A stretch of 64,000 nucleotides of DNA from an uncultured Clostridia bacterium (GCA_934747765.1 CAKVGZ010000001.1:204442-268441); one strand, 5' to 3'; counted from the stretch's first letter, positions 1 to 6,520 are shown. Program-made: numbers and translations. The notes: generated by a model from the sequence alone, not told the origin.

Positions 1-127
1 TCGCAACAAACAATCCGCTGTATTTTTTGTAGAAAGGAATCAACTTCCTAAGCCCCTTGTATCCTTTAAGTTTGCTCGCTTCTTTTGTTTTCTTTGCTTT
101 TTTCTTTTCTAGTTTTTCTTTCGTCAC
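1..127 (-). CDS. ABC exporter (MsbA-like permease/ATPase) N-terminus, partial; runs off the window
   Basis: The reverse strand has GGAGAAAAAGCTT, then GTG (127..125), then VTKEKLEKKKAKKTKEASKLKGYKGLRKLIPFYKKYSGLFVA. A basic leader followed by 'LxxLIPYxKKYxxLxxxA' is typical of type-1 ABC exporter N-termini. Only 42 codons are visible. Confidence 0.35.
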   Translation of the reverse strand, partial: MTKEKLEKKKAKKTKEASKLKGYKGLRKLIPFYKKYSGLFVA

Positions 128-170
128 AAGCTTTTTCTCCTTTTGTTAGATTTTTGGTTGATTCATTATT

Positions 171-269
171 AACCTTGGTAGGTTTAATTAAATTCATTTG
201 TTAAACCTAGGTTGGTTTAAATAAATTTATCTGTTAAACATTGGTTGGACTAAATAAATATGTTTAGAC
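171..269. repeat. Three imperfect tandem 33-bp direct repeats (consensus AACmTwGGTwGGtTTAAwTAAATtyATyTGTTA), with a partial fourth copy upstream (~143-170)
   Basis: Read directly: 171-203 aaccttggtaggtttaattaaattcatttgtta; 204-236 aacctaggttggtttaaataaatttatctgtta; 237-269 aacattggttggactaaataaatatgtttagac. They lie between the divergent ABC exporter gene and the GNAT gene. Confidence 0.85.
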
Positions 270-505
270 ATAATACAACAACTAGTCCGCACTGTCAATA
301 TTGATGAGTAAAAAACATAAAAGTTCTGCAAGACCGACCATGTGAAGAAAACATATTAAGTGAATTCTATGGTGAAAGAATAGAGTTAAGATTAAAGCTA
401 TAAATTTTTTTAAGCCGCAAATGAGAAAAAGATTTTGAAATGTAGTATGGTTGTAAAGATTTTAATTTTATGTTACAATAAAAATATAAAATTTAGGAGA
501 AACTG

Positions 506-991
506 ATGATAGTATATAGACAAGCAACATTTGAGGATTTAGAGAAAATATGGAATAAGGATATAGAAAAAAATAATAATGAAGAATGTTGGGTTCGTTG
601 GAAACATCAATACATAGATTATAATAAAACTGGCAAAGCCAAAACTTTTGTTGTGCTAGATGACAATAACCTTATTGGACAAATAACTATTCTCTTTTCA
701 ACAGAGTGCTCAGCAGTTAAAAATCGACCAATGCTTTGTGATGGAAAATCCATAGCAAACATGAATGCATTTAGAATAGACGAAAAATATGAGGGTAAAG
801 GATACATATCTAAACTTGTAAAAATGGCTGAACAATATGCAAAAGAAAAAGGAATGAAATTTTTGACGATTGGTAGCGAAGCAAAAGAAAGCAGAAATCT
901 AGCGATATATTTGCATTTTGGCTATACAAAGTTTATAACAAGTTTTGTTGAAGATAATGAACTAGTTCTGTTTTATGGCAAATATATTTAG
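506..991 (+). CDS. GNAT family N-acetyltransferase
   Basis: 161 aa. AGGAGAAACTG precedes the ATG. The acetyl-CoA pocket motif 'RIDEKYEGKGYISKLVKMAEQYAKEKG' (Q/R-x-x-G-x-G/A type) is present, and size and layout fit GNAT. Confidence 0.6.
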   Translation: MIVYRQATFEDLEKIWNKDIEKNNNEECWVRWKHQYIDYNKTGKAKTFVVLDDNNLIGQITILFSTECSAVKNRPMLCDGKSIANMNAFRIDEKYEGKGYISKLVKMAEQYAKEKGMKFLTIGSEAKESRNLAIYLHFGYTKFITSFVEDNELVLFYGKYI

Positions 992-1113
992 CCATATTAC
1001 AAGGAGAGATTATGAAACATTTTTTCAATTTACTACACCTATTGAATTTTTAACTAAAAATACAAAACGCGAGAGTAAACTACTACGAAGCGAAAGTAAA
1101 ATTGCGTAAAAAA

Positions 1114-1145
1114 AGACCGATAGTCATAAAAACAAATATCGGTCT
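1114..1145 (-). terminator. Rho-independent terminator of the minus-strand cassette
   Basis: AGACCGATA / TATCGGTCT 9-bp stem. On the minus strand it is followed by TTTTTTT, about 55 nt downstream of the stop at 1200. Confidence 0.75.
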
Positions 1146-1199
1146 AATTCTTTCGTAAACTCTCTAAAACTGGTACATTTGCTGTCAATTGCTGTCTAA

Positions 1200-1976
1200 T
1201 TATTTACATGGAATCAATTTAAATCTTTTCGAAACTTTTTTTCCATATTCTCCTATTAATTTAAATGCCAAATATGAACAACACAAATTTTTAACAGAAA
1301 AACTTGTAAAAAATTTTTCGCCAAAATTAAATTTTGTTTCTAGTAAATTTAATTTATCGTCATACCATTCTATTTTATTAGTTTTGTCACAAGTTATAGA
1401 TATGGTTCCTTCATAATTGTTAATGTTTATATCTAAAATTCTAGGTGAAAAATCACATTCATTTTTAAGCAAGTTTATTTCATTTTCTTGATATTCTGAT
1501 GTTATTAATGGTATGTAAACTTCTTTAATTTCAATGTCCTTTCCTCCAAACTTTTCTAAATTTGCTACCATTTTCCATCTATAAATTCTATTCATTTCTT
1601 CAAATTCCATTTGCGCTTTAGCTAAGTATGATACGAATTCCATTTCATTGCAATTGTTTACTTTCATAAAATGCTTTTTAGCGTTTTCGCCAAAACCTAG
1701 CCTTTGCGAATTTCTTATGTGTTTAACTCCATGGCATTTGCTACACAAAGCAATGATGTCAACTAATGTTTGAGTTTTTGTTTCTATGTTAAAATCCCAT
1801 ACCTCGTGAGCATCCAAATCATCTGTTTCGTAGCCACAAATAGCACATTTATGATTTGCTTTGTCATAGCAGGCTTGTCTTAAAACACCCCAGTCTTTTT
1901 TAGACAGAGTTCTACTAAAATCGTTTCCCCAAGCACCTTTAGGCAATAATTCAATTTTTAATTTCAAATCTTTCAT
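1200..1976 (-). CDS. HNH-like Zn-finger nuclease-domain protein with an uncharacterised ~150-aa C-terminal domain
   Basis: 258 aa. The N-terminal ~95 aa carry C-x2-C (CAICG) ... DAHEVW ... C-x2-C-H-x2-K-H (CSKCHGVKH), i.e. a beta-beta-alpha-Me/HNH-type arrangement. I do not recognise the C-terminal half. The start lies 9 nt after the stop of the upstream DUF4417 gene. Confidence 0.5.
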   Translation of the reverse strand: MKDLKLKIELLPKGAWGNDFSRTLSKKDWGVLRQACYDKANHKCAICGYETDDLDAHEVWDFNIETKTQTLVDIIALCSKCHGVKHIRNSQRLGFGENAKKHFMKVNNCNEMEFVSYLAKAQMEFEEMNRIYRWKMVANLEKFGGKDIEIKEVYIPLITSEYQENEINLLKNECDFSPRILDININNYEGTISITCDKTNKIEWYDDKLNLLETKFNFGEKFFTSFSVKNLCCSYLAFKLIGEYGKKVSKRFKLIPCK

Positions 1977-1984
1977 CCCAATAC

Positions 1985-2716
1985 CTACCTTGTCGGATAT
2001 AACTCATTAGCGAGATATTTCCTCATATAGTTGTCAAATCCCATTTTTGCAATTAACTCATATTGGTCAAATGGATTAATAACTTTAATATTGCCAGTCA
2101 TCTCGTCAAATGGTGTTCCGTAACAAATAATTCCAGCAGGTTTAATAACTTCTAACATTTTATTATAACTTTTCATAAATTCATGTTTGTATTCTTCTCT
2201 GCAATATGTAGAAACAGCAACTACAGAACCCTGTTCTATTCCATCAAAACAAAAATCATAACTATCACTGCCAGCACAGCAAACTGTAGGTATTACTTTC
2301 ATTCCATGTTTTTGGAAAAAGGCACCACACCATCTATTTTTAAATGTGCTATAAATTTGAAGAGCCCTTGGCATATCCCAATACAAACTAAACTCTGGAG
2401 ATAACACCGCGTAGTATTGTGCCAATTTTTCCATAGCCAATTCTGGTTTTTCGTAAACATTTTCAAATAACCAATCATAAGTAAAGAAGTGAATTGTTTT
2501 ATTTTTGTTATCTTCATCATTAAGTTTCGTTTTTGTGTAATTCCATAAATCAATTTTATTTAAATCTATTTCTTGTTTCCTAATTAGTGGCATATTGTAT
2601 TTGCCAACTGTTATAAATTCATTTCTCACAAGTTTAAGTTTTTTTGTTAATTTTTCCTTTTCATATTCAGTTTTTTCTTGTGTAAAATTGTTATCTACTT
2701 CATATTTTTCTTTCAT
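1985..2716 (-). CDS. DUF4417 domain protein
   Basis: 243 aa. 'IHFFTYDWLFENVYEKPE...VLSPEFSLYWDMPRALQIYSTFKNRWCGAFFQKHGMKVIPTV...DFCFDGIEQGSVVAVS' matches my memory of the DUF4417 (PF14386) signature seen in phage/plasmid contexts. AGGAG lies upstream of the ATG. Confidence 0.6.
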   Translation of the reverse strand: MKEKYEVDNNFTQEKTEYEKEKLTKKLKLVRNEFITVGKYNMPLIRKQEIDLNKIDLWNYTKTKLNDEDNKNKTIHFFTYDWLFENVYEKPELAMEKLAQYYAVLSPEFSLYWDMPRALQIYSTFKNRWCGAFFQKHGMKVIPTVCCAGSDSYDFCFDGIEQGSVVAVSTYCREEYKHEFMKSYNKMLEVIKPAGIICYGTPFDEMTGNIKVINPFDQYELIAKMGFDNYMRKYLANELYPTR

Positions 2717-2750
2717 AAAAAACTCCTTACAAAAAAATCATAGGTTAAAT

Positions 2751-3097
2751 TTAATTCAACTTATGATTTTTATAATTTTTTTCGTAATATTTTCTTGCTA
2801 AATCAATCGCTTTAAAGCAGGTATTGTCAGCATTCAGAATTTCTTCTTTATTCTCTTCCCAAAATTTCTTATATTGATTTAACTCATTTCGTTGACACCG
2901 CCCATATAATCTGGTTTTTCGTTTTGAATATCATCATCTTCCCAGCCACAAACCATGCATGTGTCGTTAATAGAGTTTATATCTCCTATGCAGCATATTT
3001 TAAATTTGTGATGGCGTGTTTCAATATTAATTCTTTTAATTGTTTTATTATTAACACTTTTCATCTTTTTATCATTTATTATTTTTAAATTTGTCAA
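2751..3097 (-). pseudogene. CPCC-family cysteine-rich protein paralog, disrupted by a 1-nt deletion
   Basis: The 72-aa ORF ends ...CGWEDDDIQNEKPDYMGGVNEMS*. The intact neighbour reads GAGTTTAAATCA here, while this copy reads GAGTTAAATCA (TTT->TT), which creates TAA. The -1 frame continues LNQYKKFWEENKEEILNADNTCFKAIDLARKYYEKNYKNHKLN* to 2751. Confidence 0.65.
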
Positions 3098-3371
3098 AAT
3101 ATTCTTGAGATTTTTCTATTGCATAAAATCTATTGTTTTTAAGATTTGCCAATATTTCTTCTTTATTCTCTTCCCAAAATTTCTTATATTGATTTAAACT
3201 CATTTCGTTGGCACCGCCCATATAATCTGGTTTTTCGTTTTGAATATCATCATCTTCCCAGCCACAATATGGACAAATGTCATATGAATTCTCAATATCT
3301 CTCATACCGCACACTTTACATTTGTATGGTGGATAATCTATTTCATTTTTATTTTTTATATTATTAATCAT
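3072..3371 (-). CDS. Cysteine-rich CPCC-family protein (Zn-ribbon-like)
   Basis: Signature 'CKVCG...CPYCGWEDDDIQ...PDYMGGANEMSLNQYKKFW' (PF14206-like). The start is taken at MINNIKN because AAAGGAGAAAAT precedes that ATG. The track's upstream extension overlaps the previous gene. Confidence 0.7.
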   Translation of the reverse strand: MINNIKNKNEIDYPPYKCKVCGMRDIENSYDICPYCGWEDDDIQNEKPDYMGGANEMSLNQYKKFWEENKEEILANLKNNRFYAIEKSQEYFDKFKNNK

Positions 3372-3382
3372 ATTTTCTCCTT

Positions 3383-3715
3383 TTAATTCCAATGGGCTCC
3401 CCACTTTTCATATTGTTCATAAAAATACTCTATTCCATCTTTCGGTGGGAAATATGTTACTATTTTACCATCTCTAGAAATTATCATAAATTCATTTGTT
3501 TCTTTATTGTACTTATACGTTGAATAATGTTTTAATTCATTTGCAGTAAAAGATATTATATTGTCATTTTCTTCCATTGCGAATTCTTTTGCTTTTTTTG
3601 AATAGCTCTGAATATTATTTTCAAACCCCATTTGCTTGCCATGTCTTTTATAATGGTCAACTTCAGCATATTCGCTTGTCCAGTATTCGGCATAAGTACT
3701 AGGACCTTTCTCCAT
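3383..3715 (-). CDS. Hypothetical 110-aa alpha+beta protein, possibly a stand-alone RNase-toxin-like (BECR-type) domain
   Basis: The ORF has no competing frame. 'DHYKRHGKQMGF..SYSKKAKEF' is followed by 'TNEFMIISRDGKIVTYFPPKDGIEYF', which resembles C-terminal nuclease modules of polymorphic/MuF toxins as I remember them. The functional call is weak. Confidence 0.4.
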   Translation of the reverse strand: MEKGPSTYAEYWTSEYAEVDHYKRHGKQMGFENNIQSYSKKAKEFAMEENDNIISFTANELKHYSTYKYNKETNEFMIISRDGKIVTYFPPKDGIEYFYEQYEKWGAHWN

Positions 3716-3745
3716 TTATTATATCATACCCCCTTTTAGAATGCA

Positions 3746-3780
3746 AAAGGTTGAAGAAACAAAATATTTCTTCAACCTTT
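3746..3780. terminator. Perfect 14-bp stem hairpin, bidirectional terminator-like, with no obvious gene to terminate
   Basis: AAAGGTTGAAGAAA-caaaata-TTTCTTCAACCTTT, flanked by A-run and T-run. It sits 31 nt upstream of the 3715 start codon. Confidence 0.6.
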
Positions 3781-3822
3781 TTACTTGCAGTCTAACTTAA
3801 GATTTTTCAAAGTCAATATTTG

Positions 3823-3838
3823 TGTGACACTTTTCACA
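3823..3838. promoter_or_regulatory. Perfect CRP/FNR-family consensus box TGTGA-N6-TCACA
   Basis: Read directly: tgtga cacttt tcaca in the divergent intergenic region. Confidence 0.5.
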
Positions 3839-3914
3839 TCTCAAAATCCTTTTCTTGTTTGCGTTCTTGCAAAAAATTTGGTGCAAAATTTTTGCAAAAA
3901 GTGTTAATTTTATT

Positions 3915-3942
3915 TTGACTTCGGGGGGGGGTAGGTTATTCT
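3915..3942 (+). promoter_or_regulatory. Candidate sigma-A promoter of the SPFH operon with a G9 homopolymer inside the spacer
   Basis: TTGACT (3915-3920), then a 16-nt spacer tcGGGGGGGGGtaggt, then TATTCT (3937-3942). AAAGGAGG and ATG 3968 lie downstream. Confidence 0.4.
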
Positions 3943-3967
3943 TTCATTGTAGATAAAGGAGGAAATA

Positions 3968-4411
3968 ATGTTTTTATTAGGGAATGTTGCTGAATTTTTC
4001 ACAAACAAAGATAATATATGGCTGATAGTAGGAATTGGATTGGCAATTTTGTTGGTGATTGTTTGTTTGATTATATTCATAGCAAAACGCAGAAAAATCA
4101 AAAGAACTGGCATAAAAGAAGTTGGTGGAGTGAGATATTCGGCAGAAAGCGACGTGCAAAATGACGACGGCAGTGTTAACATGACCTATCAAAAAGGCGA
4201 CGTGATGATTGCACGAAACGTGACAGAAGTTGCGGGCATAAAGAACAAAGTCAAACCGGGCAAATACACAATTCTTTCAACCAACGAGGTTATGGACAAG
4301 ATAAATGTGCGCATTGGCACATATGTTCGTGAGGTGGAACATGGCGGACAAATAGTGTTGGCAGAAGGTGAGAGCATTACGCCAGTGAGCAACGCAATAA
4401 TTTTGAGATAA
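3968..4411 (+). CDS. Single-pass membrane protein, YdjH-like partner of the SPFH protein
   Basis: 147 aa. One N-terminal TM (IWLIVGIGLAILLVIVCLIIFI), then a basic stop-transfer and a beta-rich soluble domain. Strong RBS. First gene of a 3-gene operon with 10-21 nt gaps. Confidence 0.5.
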   Translation: MFLLGNVAEFFTNKDNIWLIVGIGLAILLVIVCLIIFIAKRRKIKRTGIKEVGGVRYSAESDVQNDDGSVNMTYQKGDVMIARNVTEVAGIKNKVKPGKYTILSTNEVMDKINVRIGTYVREVEHGGQIVLAEGESITPVSNAIILR

Positions 4412-4421
4412 GGAGAAAATA

Positions 4422-5468
4422 ATGGGATTATTTAGTTTTTTGAAAAACAACACCTTAAAAGTGATTGAATGGTTGGATGACAGCAAAAACACAATAGTGT
4501 ATCGTTATCCAATGGATGGCAGACGTATAATGTTTGGAAGCAAACTGACAGTTCGTGCTAGCCAAATTGCAGTTTTTGTTAACAAGGGCAAAGTGGCGGA
4601 CGTGTTCCAACCTGGAATATACACTTTGGCAACATCAAACTTGCCAATTTTGACTCAGCTTTTATCCTTTCCATATGGCTTTAAGTCGCCTTTTTACAGC
4701 GAAGTTTATTTCATAAACACAAAGCAATTTGCAAACCAAAAATGGGGAACAAGCAATCCGATTGCTATGCGCGATAAAGAGTTTGGAAATATTCGAATTA
4801 GGGCTTTTGGAAAATTTTCATTTAAGGTTGACAATGCGGAAATATTTTTAAACGAATTGTTTGGCACAAACTCAACGTTTGTCACTGAAGACATCACAAA
4901 TTATCTAAAAAGCATGCTTGTGTCGGGCATCAGCGACACAATTGCCGAGTCAAAAGTGTCGGCGCTTGACCTTGCTTGCAATTTATCAGAGTTTAATGAG
5001 GTTGTGAAAGCAAGTCTTTCAGAAAAATTTGCGGAACTTGGTTTGAAACTTGCAAATCTTGTTATCGAAAACATTTCTTTCCCAGAGGAAATTGAGAAAG
5101 CTCTTGACACACGTAGCAGTATGGGCATTCTTAGCGACAAGATGGACACGTATGTCAAATATCAAACGGCCAATGCAATGAGAGATGCTGCAAACAATCC
5201 GAATGGTGGCTTTGTTAATGCCGGAGTGGGAATTGGTGCTGGATTTGCCATAAACAACATGATGAAAGATAGCCTTTCTCAAAACAATGAACCAAACATG
5301 GCAAAAAAACATTGCACAAATTGTGGGGCAGAAATGAAAAAGGGAGCAAAATTCTGTCCAGAATGTGGCGAAAAACAAATGTCTGCTGAAGGAGTTTGTC
5401 CAGAATGTGGCAACAAAGTGTCACCAAAAGCTAAATTCTGTGGAAACTGCGGGGCAAAATTAAAATAA
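4422..5468 (+). CDS. SPFH/band-7 domain protein (COG4260 'virion core protein'-like, YdjI-like) fused to C-terminal zinc ribbons
   Basis: 348 aa. The N-terminus 'GLFSFLKN..LKVIEW.D....IVYRYPMDG..I..GSKLTVRASQIAVFV.KGK' is typical of YdjI-type SPFH proteins. The C-terminus has three C-x2-C...C-x2-C ribbons (CTNCG..CPECG; CPECG..CGNCG). Confidence 0.8.
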   Translation: MGLFSFLKNNTLKVIEWLDDSKNTIVYRYPMDGRRIMFGSKLTVRASQIAVFVNKGKVADVFQPGIYTLATSNLPILTQLLSFPYGFKSPFYSEVYFINTKQFANQKWGTSNPIAMRDKEFGNIRIRAFGKFSFKVDNAEIFLNELFGTNSTFVTEDITNYLKSMLVSGISDTIAESKVSALDLACNLSEFNEVVKASLSEKFAELGLKLANLVIENISFPEEIEKALDTRSSMGILSDKMDTYVKYQTANAMRDAANNPNGGFVNAGVGIGAGFAINNMMKDSLSQNNEPNMAKKHCTNCGAEMKKGAKFCPECGEKQMSAEGVCPECGNKVSPKAKFCGNCGAKLK

Positions 5469-5489
5469 ACTACGGAGCAAGATTGAATA

Positions 5490-6515
5490 ATGTCAAAATT
5501 TATTAAGTGTGAGAACTGCGGAAACAGTTTTAGTTATGCGCCTGATTTAAACTGTCTTGTGTGTGAGCATTGTGGCTCCAAAGCCTCTTTTGAACAATCC
5601 ACATTTGGTGGCAAAAAACCACTCGACACAACCATTTCAAATAGTTTGGGTGGGGTAAGAGTGTGTCCTGTGTGCGGAGCAAAAGACACGTTTGAAGAAA
5701 ATAATGTGTCGGCGAACTGTGCCTATTGTGGCACACCGCTTGTTGTGGAAAGTTTTAAAAACAATATTGACGCAATAATTCCTTTTTCAATTACAAAAAA
5801 AGGTGCTGTTGATAGTTATAAAAAGTGGCTTCATGGTCGCATTTGGGCGCCAAAGGCACTCAAAAAACTTGCAAAAACTGGTGATTTTGAAGGATATTAT
5901 TTGCCAGTGTGGGCGTATGATGCAGATGTGAACACATCTTATTCTGGCATGATGGTGGAAGCTGGTGAAACATTTATGCCAAACAATTATGCAAATGCGG
6001 GCTTGAAGACAAATGCAAAAAGGCGACCTGTGCATGGAAACCGAAGTGACAAATTTGTTAACACAATTGTGGCAGGGAACAATAATTTGTCTAATAAAAT
6101 TCTTCAAGATTTAGAACCATTTGACTATTCGCGCCTGAGAGTATACAGAGATGAATACATATTTGGACTTCATGTCGACAATTTTACTTACAGTGCAACT
6201 GAAGGTTTTAATATGGCGCAAGATGAAATGAAATCTGCCATTCGTGACCGAATTGTTCGAACACATTCCACACCCAAAGAGCATCTTGAAGGTCTTGAGA
6301 TGTTCCACAGTTTTGAAAATGTGAAACAAGCAAGATATTTGCTTCCTATGTGGAGTGCTTATTACACTTACAAAAGCAAAAAATATATGATTAATGTCAA
6401 TGGGAGCACAGGTAAAATTAAAGGAAAGGCTCCTGTTTCAAAATGGAAAGTGTTCTTTGCAGTTATGTTTGGTTTGGCAATTATTGGCTTGATTGCTTGG
6501 CTTATATTAAAATGA
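5490..6515 (+). CDS. Zinc-ribbon protein with C-terminal TM anchor (YdjG-like)
   Basis: 341 aa. Two N-terminal ribbons (CENCG..CEHCG; CPVCG..CAYCG) and the C-terminal TM 'VFFAVMFGLAIIGLIAWLIL'. Operonic with the SPFH gene. Confidence 0.6.
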   Translation: MSKFIKCENCGNSFSYAPDLNCLVCEHCGSKASFEQSTFGGKKPLDTTISNSLGGVRVCPVCGAKDTFEENNVSANCAYCGTPLVVESFKNNIDAIIPFSITKKGAVDSYKKWLHGRIWAPKALKKLAKTGDFEGYYLPVWAYDADVNTSYSGMMVEAGETFMPNNYANAGLKTNAKRRPVHGNRSDKFVNTIVAGNNNLSNKILQDLEPFDYSRLRVYRDEYIFGLHVDNFTYSATEGFNMAQDEMKSAIRDRIVRTHSTPKEHLEGLEMFHSFENVKQARYLLPMWSAYYTYKSKKYMINVNGSTGKIKGKAPVSKWKVFFAVMFGLAIIGLIAWLILK

Positions 6516-6520
6516 ATTTA

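Noticed and set aside
2595-2801. 68-aa + strand ORF across the DUF4417 5' end
   Set aside because: It is a shadow ORF antisense to the DUF4417 start region. Part of this interval is better explained as the out-of-frame tail of the frameshifted CPCC paralog.
3910-4182. Minus-strand 90-aa and 71-aa ORFs overlapping the first SPFH-operon gene, considered as possible sources of a transcript ending at the 3746 hairpin
   Set aside because: They have no RBS, are antisense to a well-supported gene and have implausible composition. This does not exclude a non-coding antisense RNA, but there is no evidence for a protein.
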